From Candidatus Aenigmatarchaeota archaeon (GTDB taxonomy: Archaea; Aenigmatarchaeota; Aenigmatarchaeia; CG10238-14; SpSt-28), in NCBI GenBank assembly GCA_038733315.1, contig JAVYPJ010000002.1, positions 160,001 to 224,000 on the forward strand: DNA of 64,000 bases, given 5' to 3'. A program made the position numbers and the translations under genes. Of this stretch, positions 10,150 to 18,830 are shown one piece after another. Below the pieces are notes generated by a model. That model ran no database searches. It was given only the letters and a program-made list of their open reading frames with translations, and was not told the DNA's origin. Numbering within the stretch: position 1 is the first letter of the stretch; each line of letters starts with the position of its first letter.

Positions 10150-10524
10150 CTACATTAATCTCTCTATCTTTTTAGCTTGTTTTTCCATTTCTAACAACAC
10201 TAAACCAAGATTAGCGTCTTTTTTTATTAAAGATATTAATATAGCATCCTCACCAGCTTTTATACAAACGTATTGACCCTCTGTAGCATTTACTATTACC
10301 TGTTGGAAATTGCCAATCTTAAATTCTTGAATTGTCGTTTCACTAGTACCTACAATAGCTGCTGCCATAGCTGCAACAGCTTTCGAATTTACCTCAGCTG
10401 GCAAATCTGCTGCTATTAATAAGCCATCTACTCTTGCTATTGCAGAACCTATTATATCTCTTACATTTCTTAACTCTTTTAAAATGTTTTCTAGCTGTTG
10501 TCTTTTATCAATCGTTCCCTCCAT
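10150..10524 (-). CDS. Roadblock/LC7 domain protein (MglB-like)
   Basis: IIGSAIARVDGLLIAADLP, VAAMAAAIVG, ANLGLVLLEM. Confidence 0.92.
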   Translation of the reverse strand: MEGTIDKRQQLENILKELRNVRDIIGSAIARVDGLLIAADLPAEVNSKAVAAMAAAIVGTSETTIQEFKIGNFQQVIVNATEGQYVCIKAGEDAILISLIKKDANLGLVLLEMEKQAKKIERLM

Positions 10525-10527
10525 AAT

Positions 10528-11679
10528 TTATATATGAAAATACTTAAAGATTTTATCTATTAACTTTTTCAAACCTTCTTCTAAACCTTCGCCTGTTGTC
10601 GCAACAGTTGGAATAACATCTTCCTTAGGTACTCCTAATCTTTTTGCAATTTCTTCTATACTTAAAGCATTCTCTAAATCTTGTTTGTTTGCAAACACAA
10701 CATAAGGAACTCCCTCTTCTCTTGCCTTTTGTAACATTTCTAATGCCCTCGGAAAACTTTCCGGCTTAGTAGAGTCAACAACCAAAATAACTCCAAAAAC
10801 ATCTCTAGCTAATATAGATAAAATCCAATCAAATCTTTCTTGACCTGGTGTTCCAAAGATATCACAAACTAACCCTCTTTTTTCTATGTATCCATGATCT
10901 AATGCTATTGTAGTTCCTAGTCTATTAACAGAAACTGCTCTTTCCGAAAGATTTCTAATAACAGTAGATTTGCCAGCGTGATAAGGTCCGGTTATAAGTA
11001 TTTTTGGAACATATATACTTATACCAGTTAAAGTTTCCGAATATAGAATTCTTGGCTTTCCTTCAACAGTAAAATAATTTGCAAAAAAGAGTTTTTTCTC
11101 TAAGGAATCTAAGTATATTACTTTATCGGCAAATTTCTTAAGTTTTTCTATATCGTTAACATTATAGCCCCAATTAGTGAAAAGAATTAAAAGCGTTGAG
11201 TTTGAAGAGTTTATCTTTTCTTTCCAAGCATTTAAAACGGTTATTATTTTATCTATTCCTAAACCCATAAAGCTTTCTAAAGCATCTAAGACAACAACCT
11301 TAAAACCTTGAATTTCTTCCATAGCCTTGTTAAATAAATCGTTTAACTGAGAAAATGCAGAATCTATATTTGTTAATTTTTCTTTTAAAAAATATTTTGC
11401 ATCGCTTTGTTTGTTTAAGGTAAAAGAAACGGCATCTATAAATTCTAAATCAGAAACTTCGAAGCCATGATAATACATTGTCTTAAGAATTTGGGCTGGA
11501 GTTTTAGTTGTTGTTATGTAGATTGCTTTATCTCCGTCTGTCATTCTATATGAGATTATTTGCTGAGCAAACAAAGATTTATTAACAAATATGCCAGAAA
11601 GTATTAACACTGTACTACCACTATCTATGCCACCATCCAAAATTTCGTCGAGTTTTTCTATTCCTGTTTTTAGTTTCAT
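10528..11679 (-). CDS. Degenerate KaiC/RecA-like domain fused to MglA-like small GTPase
   Basis: N-terminal TGIEKLDEILDGGI with broken Walker A (SGIFVNKS); C-terminal G1 GPYHAGKST, G2 GTTIALDHG, G3 FGTPGQERF, G4 NKQD, G5 VATTG. Confidence 0.88.
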   Translation of the reverse strand: MKLKTGIEKLDEILDGGIDSGSTVLILSGIFVNKSLFAQQIISYRMTDGDKAIYITTTKTPAQILKTMYYHGFEVSDLEFIDAVSFTLNKQSDAKYFLKEKLTNIDSAFSQLNDLFNKAMEEIQGFKVVVLDALESFMGLGIDKIITVLNAWKEKINSSNSTLLILFTNWGYNVNDIEKLKKFADKVIYLDSLEKKLFFANYFTVEGKPRILYSETLTGISIYVPKILITGPYHAGKSTVIRNLSERAVSVNRLGTTIALDHGYIEKRGLVCDIFGTPGQERFDWILSILARDVFGVILVVDSTKPESFPRALEMLQKAREEGVPYVVFANKQDLENALSIEEIAKRLGVPKEDVIPTVATTGEGLEEGLKKLIDKIFKYFHI

Positions 11680-11719
11680 AATAATATAAAGTATTATCGT
11701 AATAAAATATAAATTGTTA

Positions 11720-12412
11720 TTAGAGTATAACTTTTATACCATCGTTTTCTATTTCATATGGAAACCAATCAAAATCGAATTTAGTTGCCATCATCTTATT
11801 AATTCTCATTATTCTTTTCTGAAGTATTTCACTAAAATTCATTTCTATGCAACCATCAAACATTAAAGATAGGCTATCGATTAAAGATTGTGTATGCAAA
11901 GTTGAAAGAAGAGTGCAAACAGTAACTAAGTTAGAAGCTTTGGCTCTTCCAATTATAGAAGAGACAAACCTTAAAGCCAAATCTTGATGTAAAAATAAGA
12001 AAAGTGTAGAAAGGGAGTCTACTACACATCTTTTCGGATTTTTATTTTCTAAATATTTTAAAGCCTTATGAAATTTTAACATAAAATCATTTAAATCTGT
12101 TATCTCTTGAATTACAAACTCGTCACTAACTTTTCCACCAACTCTCCAAGAATACGCATCTATAAAAACTACGATTTTACCCTCTATAACCCATCCAAAC
12201 TTTTTCATATTATTAATTAAGTCTTCTGGCGGCGTATCGAACGTTATATATATACCACTTTCACCCCTAGTTAAACCGGTATATATAAACTGTCCACAAA
12301 AAACTGTTTTACCAACTCCAGATGGCCCGAAAAGTAATATTGATGATTTATCTGGAAATCCACCTTCAATTTTATCATCTAAGCCAATTATTCCGCTAGG
12401 AACTCTTTCCAT
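11720..12412 (-). CDS. Single-domain KaiC-like (RAD55/GvpD) ATPase
   Basis: RVPSGIIGLD..IEGG.P, Walker A GPSGVGKT, Walker B VVDSLS. Confidence 0.88.
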   Translation of the reverse strand: MERVPSGIIGLDDKIEGGFPDKSSILLFGPSGVGKTVFCGQFIYTGLTRGESGIYITFDTPPEDLINNMKKFGWVIEGKIVVFIDAYSWRVGGKVSDEFVIQEITDLNDFMLKFHKALKYLENKNPKRCVVDSLSTLFLFLHQDLALRFVSSIIGRAKASNLVTVCTLLSTLHTQSLIDSLSLMFDGCIEMNFSEILQKRIMRINKMMATKFDFDWFPYEIENDGIKVIL

Positions 12413-12444
12413 AAATATTATATTTTTTGATATAAAAGATTTTT

Positions 12445-13203
12445 ATGAGTGTTGAAAGAATATCTTCTGGTATTAAAGGTCTAGATGAAAAAATTGGTGG
12501 TGGATTTCCAAAAAATTCAGTTATATTAATAACCGGAAGTCCTGGAACTGGCAAAACAATATTTTGTACTAATTTTTTATTAGATGGTATTAAAAAGAAT
12601 GAGCCAGGAGTTTTTGTTATAACAGAGCAGAAATCTTCAGATTTAAAGTTTGACATATTCGAAAGTATGAAAATTAATTTAGAGGATTATGAAAAAAACA
12701 ATCTACTAAAAATTATTGAAATAGAGCCAGTTTTTTCTGCATCTCCTCAAAGAATAGAGTTAGAAAGAGAAATGGGAAGTATTATCAAAATATATATATT
12801 TGACTTACTTAAAAAAATAGAAAGTGCAATAAAAGAAATAGGTGCTAAAAGATTATGCATAGATTCTATTTCTTTAATAGAAACATTCATAAAAGATGAG
12901 TACTTAAGAAGGGCTGCCCTTACTTTTTTCTTAAAAAATCTGAAAAACTTAGGAATAGTAACTTTAATAACATCATCTCCAAACGATAAAACCAAAAATT
13001 TAAGCATTTCAGGAATTATAGAGTTTTTGGTTGATGGAATAATTAAATTGAGTTATAAACCAAAATCTAAGGACTTTAAAAGAACGATGACAATACTAAA
13101 AATGAGAAGAACTAAACATAGCGAATTCGTTTTACCTTTCAATATAACTAACGAAGGTATAAAGCTTGTAGAAACTGCAATTCAAGAAAAAATTCAGTTT
13201 TAA
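12445..13203 (+). CDS. Single-domain KaiC-like ATPase
   Basis: GSPGTGKT, ITEQ, CIDSIS, EFLVDGIIKL, KMRRTKH. Confidence 0.9.
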   Translation: MSVERISSGIKGLDEKIGGGFPKNSVILITGSPGTGKTIFCTNFLLDGIKKNEPGVFVITEQKSSDLKFDIFESMKINLEDYEKNNLLKIIEIEPVFSASPQRIELEREMGSIIKIYIFDLLKKIESAIKEIGAKRLCIDSISLIETFIKDEYLRRAALTFFLKNLKNLGIVTLITSSPNDKTKNLSISGIIEFLVDGIIKLSYKPKSKDFKRTMTILKMRRTKHSEFVLPFNITNEGIKLVETAIQEKIQF

Positions 13204-13217
13204 ATAAACATAGATTT

Positions 13218-13466
13218 ATGAATATTAGAACAATTTGGATTAAAGTTAAAGCAAGAAAACTTTTAAGAGAAAATAGAGTTAAAAAAGATTTTGAAAATGA
13301 TTTTAGAATACATTTTAGCGTTAAGGGAGATAAAGATGTTCATTATGTTATTTACGATAAGAATAAAAACGAATTTAGCTGCGATTGTAAATGGTTTTCT
13401 ATTAAAAAAAGAGAGTGTAGCCACATTTTAGCTTGCAAAATGCTTATGCAAATAAAATTAGATTAG
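13218..13466 (+). CDS. SWIM zinc-finger protein
   Basis: FSCDC...ECSHILA (CxC-x9-CxH). Confidence 0.8.
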   Translation: MNIRTIWIKVKARKLLRENRVKKDFENDFRIHFSVKGDKDVHYVIYDKNKNEFSCDCKWFSIKKRECSHILACKMLMQIKLD

Positions 13467-13502
13467 CTCTTCAAATAATTATTTGATTAGAAAAATAATT
13501 TT

Positions 13503-14117
13503 ATGGGTGATCAAAAAGAAGAAATTATAAATTTTTTTAAGTCTTGGGATGTTCCTAAGATAGTTTTGCTGAATTTTAAAGAAAAAAAAGGTATTAAATT
13601 AGATTTAGAAATTTCTAACGTCATAAAATTTTTAGTAAATGAAAAAAAGTTAAAATGTATATACATATCAATCAGAACTCCTTCTATTCATCTAATTGAA
13701 ATTTTCAAAAAAAATGATATAGACATTTCTAACATTCTTTTTATAGATGTTATATCTCAATACATATACGTTTCTTCTCCAGAAATCTCTATTTCTAGCG
13801 AAGTCAAATCAGAAAAGTTGGAAAATGTAATAATGCTGAGCTCGCCAGTAAATTTAACAGAATTAGGAATAATTTTTCTAGAAATATCTTCATCTTTTGA
13901 AAAAGATAAGAATTGTTTTATCGTTTTGGATTCTTTAGATTCTATCCTTTTGTACATAGAGAAAGATAAATTTTTAAAGTTTTTTCATTTTTTAGTTACT
14001 AAGCTCAAGCTGTTTAAAGTTCTTGGCATATTCATACAAACTTCCGAAAAGAAAGAAATAATAGAAGATGTAAAATATCTGATAGACGAAATATTTACTA
14101 TTCCAGAAGAAATATAA
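13503..14117 (+). CDS. Inactivated KaiC/RecA-fold protein
   Basis: CIYIS..P, LFIDVIS, SSPVNLTEL, IVLDSLDSILLY; no Walker A. Confidence 0.7.
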   Translation: MGDQKEEIINFFKSWDVPKIVLLNFKEKKGIKLDLEISNVIKFLVNEKKLKCIYISIRTPSIHLIEIFKKNDIDISNILFIDVISQYIYVSSPEISISSEVKSEKLENVIMLSSPVNLTELGIIFLEISSSFEKDKNCFIVLDSLDSILLYIEKDKFLKFFHFLVTKLKLFKVLGIFIQTSEKKEIIEDVKYLIDEIFTIPEEI

Positions 14118-14121
14118 AATT

Positions 14122-14499
14122 ATGAGCTTGGATATGCTTAGTAGCTATATAATGTTTGTAGGCGTTTTTGGTATTATAATAGGTAGCTTAATAACAGCAA
14201 TATTTTTGTTTTTTTCTTCTAGATACTTTATAACTAAGGAATTAAAAAGAATCTTCAGATTTTTATCTTTTTCTGTATTTTTTCTTTTTCTGTACTTTTT
14301 TTCATATATTTACTCTCTTTTCTTTGACTTACAGAAAAACATTGTAATTATAGTCTTTCAAGTAATTTTTATAATTTTGAATTTAACGTTTTTAATTTAT
14401 TCCTCTATACTAATTTATAATATTTCATTAGATTTAGGCTTTGCTAGCCCAAAAAATGTTAAAAAAATAAAGAGATTTATGGAAAAGAAAGAAGAATAA
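14122..14499 (+). CDS. 3-TM membrane protein, candidate sensor of KaiC cluster
   Basis: Three long hydrophobic helices; 4 bp after the inactive KaiC-like gene. Confidence 0.6.
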   Translation: MSLDMLSSYIMFVGVFGIIIGSLITAIFLFFSSRYFITKELKRIFRFLSFSVFFLFLYFFSYIYSLFFDLQKNIVIIVFQVIFIILNLTFLIYSSILIYNISLDLGFASPKNVKKIKRFMEKKEE

Positions 14500-14558
14500 A
14501 ATTTTGACTACTATAGTAGCCAAAATTTATAAATTTTGACTAATATAGTAGTTAAATT
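14499..14558 (+). promoter_or_regulatory. Two operator-like palindromes flanking a TATA box
   Basis: 30-bp palindrome AAATTTTGACTACTA|TAGTAGCCAAAATTT (1 mismatch) at 14499-14528; degenerate copy starts 32 bp later; TTTATAAA at 14526-14533. Confidence 0.7.
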
Positions 14559-15884
14559 ATGAAAGAGAAAATCTTAGAGATTTTAGAGGATTGGAATTTT
14601 TGGAAAAAAGAAATAGATATAGGAATAAAAAGGTTAGAATACCTAGAAAAAATAAAGAGTTTTCTTAAAACTAATATGATAATTGCTATAATTGGGCCAA
14701 GAAGGGCTGGAAAATCTTTTATAATGAGGCAAATCGCTAGAGAGTTAATTATTAATGGTATTAATCCAAAAGAAATTTTAATAGTAAATTTTGAAGATAG
14801 AAGATTTATAGATTTTTCGGTTGAGCTCTTAGATAAAATTTTTGAAACGTATTTAGAATTTGTTAAACCAAAATCAAAACCATATGTTTTCTTTGATGAA
14901 ATTCACAAAATTAAAAACTGGGAAAAATGGATAAGAAATTTTCAGGAGTTGCAAAAAGGTAAGGTTATAATTTCTGGTTCAAATGCAAATTTGCTAAAAG
15001 GAGAATTATCTACTTTACTTACTGGAAGACATTTAGATATAGTTGTTTTTCCTCTTAGCTTTAAGGAGTTCTTAGAATTTAAAGGACTAAAAATAGAAGA
15101 TGTTATAGATTTAGTTAATAAAAGAATTGAAATAAAGTCTTTCCTTAGAGAGTATTGTGAATTTGGCGGATTTCCTGAAGTTGTCTTATCTGAAAGTAAA
15201 AAAGATATTTTACTAACTTATTTTGAAGATATAACAACAAAAGATATTCTGCTAAGATATAAAATTAAAAAGGCTAATGAACTAATTAGTTTAGCTAAAT
15301 TCTATCTAACTAATATTTCAAACCCAATAACATTTACTTCCATAGAAAAATCTCTTAACATTTCAGCAGATACTATACAAAAATTTTCACGCTATTTCGA
15401 AGAAACCTTTTTAATATTTTTTATTCATAGATTTTCAAAAAAAGTTAAAGAAGTTGAAAAATCTCCGAAAAAAGTTTATTGTATAGATGTGGGTCTTGCT
15501 AATGTAGTTGCTTTAAGATTTAGCGAAAACATTGGAAGAATTATTGAAAACATAGTTGCAATAGAATTAAAAAGAGTGTCTTTCCGAAATCCTAACATAG
15601 AAATTTTCTATTGGAAGGATTATCAGCAAAACGAAATAGATTTCGTAATAAAAGAAGGCTTAGAAATTAAACAGCTAATCCAAGTAACATATGCATCAAA
15701 TAAAGATGAAATTGAAAAAAGAGAAATAAAAGCTTTATTAAAGGCAAGCGAATTACTTAAATGCAAAGATTTATTAATAATTACTTGGGATTATGAAGAT
15801 GAGATAAATGTTGAAAACAAAAAAATTAAATGCATTCCATTGTGGAAATGGTTGTTATTAAAAGCAAAAAGCAATTATATGTAA
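14559..15884 (+). CDS. AAA+ ATPase (AAA_14 + DUF4143, COG1373), paralogue 1
   Basis: GPRRAGKS, FFDEIH, SGSN, LTGR, GGFPE, KKVYCID.G, EIDF. Confidence 0.9.
   Translation: MKEKILEILEDWNFWKKEIDIGIKRLEYLEKIKSFLKTNMIIAIIGPRRAGKSFIMRQIARELIINGINPKEILIVNFEDRRFIDFSVELLDKIFETYLEFVKPKSKPYVFFDEIHKIKNWEKWIRNFQELQKGKVIISGSNANLLKGELSTLLTGRHLDIVVFPLSFKEFLEFKGLKIEDVIDLVNKRIEIKSFLREYCEFGGFPEVVLSESKKDILLTYFEDITTKDILLRYKIKKANELISLAKFYLTNISNPITFTSIEKSLNISADTIQKFSRYFEETFLIFFIHRFSKKVKEVEKSPKKVYCIDVGLANVVALRFSENIGRIIENIVAIELKRVSFRNPNIEIFYWKDYQQNEIDFVIKEGLEIKQLIQVTYASNKDEIEKREIKALLKASELLKCKDLLIITWDYEDEINVENKKIKCIPLWKWLLLKAKSNYM
15631..15857 (+). repeat. 227-bp shared 3' segment, copy 1 of 3
   Basis: Colinear without indels with 16976-17202 (12 mismatches counted) and 18367-18593. 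Confidence 0.92.
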
Positions 15885-15936
15885 AAATGTCATAACTACT
15901 ATGACAAATTTAAATTAAAATGTCATAATAATTATT
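15884..15936 (+). promoter_or_regulatory. Operator-like palindrome plus repeated half-site around TATA-like box
   Basis: TGTCATA-N5-TATGACA at 15888-15906; AAAATGTCATAA at 15884 and 15917 (33-bp period); TTTAAATT between. Confidence 0.65.
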
Positions 15937-17211
15937 ATGTTTGATGAAAAACTAGTAATAGAATTTTTCAAATCTATTAAAGAAAGGACGGAAGAAGAAA
16001 AAATTATAGAAAGAGAGTTAAAAGTAGAAAAGATGAAAAACAAAGTAATAAGCATAATTGGGCCAAGAAGGGCTGGAAAATCATATTTCTTGCTTAAACT
16101 ATTTTCTAAGGAAAGTGAAAGTATTTATTTCGATTTAGAAAACATTGCATTCAGAAATGTTAGAGCAGAGGAAATTTTAAAAATAGTGAGAATTTATGAA
16201 AATTATTTTAATGAAAAGGTTAAAAATATTTTTTTAGATGAAATTCAAGTAATTAATAATTGGGAATCCTTAGTTCGATCGCTACTCGATATGGGATACT
16301 ATGTTTTTATTTCTGGTTCTTCTTCAAAACTGCTTTCTAAGGAAATCGCAACACAACTTAGAGGAAGAAGTCTAAGCTATATTTTATTACCATTAAGCTT
16401 TAGAGAGTTTTTAAACTTTAAGGAAATGCAAATAAAACAACTTATTTCGCTAGATGAAGAAATAAAAATAAAGAAATTTTTAGAAGAATTCTTAGAATGG
16501 GGTGGCTATCCAGAAGTTGTATTGTTTTTTGAGAAAAAAGAAAAACTTCTTAAAGAATATTTCGATTTAATTTTCTATAGAGATTTTGTTGAAAGGTTTG
16601 GCATAAAAAGTATAAATGTGGCATCTTTAATTTTTGAATTTATTCTTCAAAACTTTTCAAAAGAAATTAGTATAAGGAAAATAGTTAACTATGTAACTTC
16701 AAACTTAAAAGTTGAAACAAAATCAACTATTTATAATTATTTCGATAAAATTTCTGATATATTTTTTTGCTTTTGCGTAGAAAAGTTTAGAAAGAGCTTA
16801 TATGAAAGAAAAAGCTGGCCAAACAAAATTTATATTTGTGATTTAGGGCTATCTAACTTAGTTAGATTTGAAAAAGATTTTGGAAAGAGGATGGAAAATA
16901 CAGTTTACTTAGAATTACTTAGAAGCACGAATTATAGACCGCTAAGTAAAATATATTATTTTAAAACTGATAATTACGAAGTAGATTTTGTAATAAAAGA
17001 AGGTTTAGAAATTAAGCAGCTAATCCAAGTAACATATGCATCAAATAAAGATGAAATTGAAAAAAGAGAAATAAAAGCTTTATTAAAGGCAAGTGAATTA
17101 CTTAAATGCAAAGATTTATTAATAATTACTCGGGATTATGAGGATGAGTTAAATGTTGAAAACAAAAAAATTAAATGCGCTCCTTTATGGAAATGGTTGT
17201 TAAAAAATTAA
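15937..17211 (+). CDS. AAA+ ATPase (AAA_14 + DUF4143), paralogue 2
   Basis: GPRRAGKS, FLDEIQ, SGSSS, LRGR, GGYPE, EVDF. Confidence 0.9.
   Translation: MFDEKLVIEFFKSIKERTEEEKIIERELKVEKMKNKVISIIGPRRAGKSYFLLKLFSKESESIYFDLENIAFRNVRAEEILKIVRIYENYFNEKVKNIFLDEIQVINNWESLVRSLLDMGYYVFISGSSSKLLSKEIATQLRGRSLSYILLPLSFREFLNFKEMQIKQLISLDEEIKIKKFLEEFLEWGGYPEVVLFFEKKEKLLKEYFDLIFYRDFVERFGIKSINVASLIFEFILQNFSKEISIRKIVNYVTSNLKVETKSTIYNYFDKISDIFFCFCVEKFRKSLYERKSWPNKIYICDLGLSNLVRFEKDFGKRMENTVYLELLRSTNYRPLSKIYYFKTDNYEVDFVIKEGLEIKQLIQVTYASNKDEIEKREIKALLKASELLKCKDLLIITRDYEDELNVENKKIKCAPLWKWLLKN
16976..17202 (+). repeat. 227-bp shared 3' segment, copy 2 of 3
   Basis: Near-identical to copies 1 and 3; carries TGG>CGG (ITWD>ITRD). 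Confidence 0.92.
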
Positions 17212-17255
17212 GCTAACATTTTGAATCTTCCCTATGATAGTTTGGTTTTTATTTC

Positions 17256-17304
17256 TAGTATAAACATTATTTAAATCTTTAAACTATTAGTATAAATATT
17301 TAAG
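17256..17304 (+). promoter_or_regulatory. Direct repeat/TATA region upstream of paralogue 3
   Basis: TAGTATAAA at 17256 and 17288 (32-bp period), each followed by TATTTAA; weaker than the other two. Confidence 0.4.
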
Positions 17305-17324
17305 AATAGAAAGAACATAAAATT

Positions 17325-18605
17325 ATGGGGATAGAGGAAATAAAGATGGCAATAGTAGAAAGAGAAGAGAGTATGCTAAAAACTTTTAAAGAGGAGAATA
17401 TTATCGAAAGAGAAAATTTAGAGTATGTTAAAAATAGTATAAAGAAAGGCATAGCAAACATAATAGTGGGAATTAGAAGATGTGGTAAATCGATATTTGC
17501 TTTTCAACTATCTAAAAACGAAAGTTTTGGTTATGTTAATTTTGAGGATGAAAGATTAGATATTTCAGCCGAAGAATTAAATAAAGTTTTAGAAGCTATT
17601 TATTCTATTAAAGGAAATGTAAATCTCTTAATTTTAGATGAAATTCAGAATATTCAAGGCTGGGAAAAATTTGTTGCTAGGATAATTAACGATAAAAAAG
17701 TTATAATTACTGGAAGCAATGCAAGGTTATTGAGCAAAGAGCTCGCTACATTTTTAACTGGAAGGCATATAGAATATAAGCTATTTCCCTTTAGTTTCAG
17801 AGAATATATAAAGTTCAAAGGATTCGAGTTTAAAGAAAAAGATTATTATATTACCGAAAATATTGCTAAGATTAAGAATTTGCTTAAGGAATATTTAAAA
17901 AAAGGTGGATTTCCTCTTGTAGAAAAATTTGGATTTATTTTTCTTAGTGAAAATTACAAAGATATAGTTGAGAGGGATGTAATTCAAAGGTTTAACGTAA
18001 AAAATGTAAGAATTTTTAAAGATTTTTCTCGTTATTTAATCTCAAACTCTACCAACGAAATAAGCTATAACTCTTTAAAAAATATTTTTAATGTGAGTGT
18101 AAGAACGATTTCAAATTGGATTAATTATTTAGAAACTGCATTCCTATTTTTTGAGTTAGAAAGATTCTCTCCAAAACTTAAGCAGCAAATCCTTGCCCCT
18201 AAAAAAATTTATTGCATTGATAGCGGTATTATAAATACTATTGCTTTTAAGCTTTCTGAAAATATAGGAAAGCTAATGGAGAATTTAGTAGCTATAGAAC
18301 TTCTTAGAAAAAAAAGTTATTGGTTCGATAATTGGGAAATCTATTATTTCAAAGATTATCAGCAAAACGAAGTAGATTTCGTTATTAAAGAAGGCTTAGA
18401 AATTAAACAATTAGTTCAAGTAACATATGCATCAAATAAAGATGAAATTGAAAAAAGAGAAATAAAAGCTTTACTAAAAGCAAGTGAATTATTAAAATGC
18501 AAAGATTTATTAATAATTACTTGGGATTATGAAGATGAGTTAAATTTTGAAAACAAAACAATTAAATGCATACCATTATGGAAATGGTTGTTAAAGCAAG
18601 ATTAG
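17325..18605 (+). CDS. AAA+ ATPase (AAA_14 + DUF4143), paralogue 3
   Basis: GIRRCGKS, ILDEIQ, TGSN, LTGR, GGFP, KKIYCIDSG, EVDF. Confidence 0.9.
   Translation: MGIEEIKMAIVEREESMLKTFKEENIIERENLEYVKNSIKKGIANIIVGIRRCGKSIFAFQLSKNESFGYVNFEDERLDISAEELNKVLEAIYSIKGNVNLLILDEIQNIQGWEKFVARIINDKKVIITGSNARLLSKELATFLTGRHIEYKLFPFSFREYIKFKGFEFKEKDYYITENIAKIKNLLKEYLKKGGFPLVEKFGFIFLSENYKDIVERDVIQRFNVKNVRIFKDFSRYLISNSTNEISYNSLKNIFNVSVRTISNWINYLETAFLFFELERFSPKLKQQILAPKKIYCIDSGIINTIAFKLSENIGKLMENLVAIELLRKKSYWFDNWEIYYFKDYQQNEVDFVIKEGLEIKQLVQVTYASNKDEIEKREIKALLKASELLKCKDLLIITWDYEDELNFENKTIKCIPLWKWLLKQD
18367..18593 (+). repeat. 227-bp shared 3' segment, copy 3 of 3
   Basis: Near-identical to copies 1 and 2; similarity to copy 1 extends upstream to GATTATCAGCAAAACGAA (18354). 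Confidence 0.92.
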
Positions 18606-18830
18606 ACGTTATCAAAATTATCATCAAATCAAGCACATTTGAAATGTTCAGCAAGCTTATCAGCCAATTGTCTCTTTAGCTTTGTTATTTTTAACAAGTT
18701 AGCATTCGTTAAGATGCTCTTTTCTCCAATTGTGATGGAAAATTTTCTGTTGGATTAACTCAAGATTACTTTTATTAATAAGTATTCCGCCTTTACCCAA
18801 TCGCCTATTAATTTCAATTATTTCTTCTAA

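Noticed and set aside
11720..13203. Circadian clock (kaiABC)
   Set aside because: Single-domain KaiC-like proteins with no KaiA or KaiB
14499..14558. Doubled palindrome as mini-CRISPR or terminator
   Set aside because: Only two copies, essentially no spacer, no cas genes; position around a TATA box fits an operator
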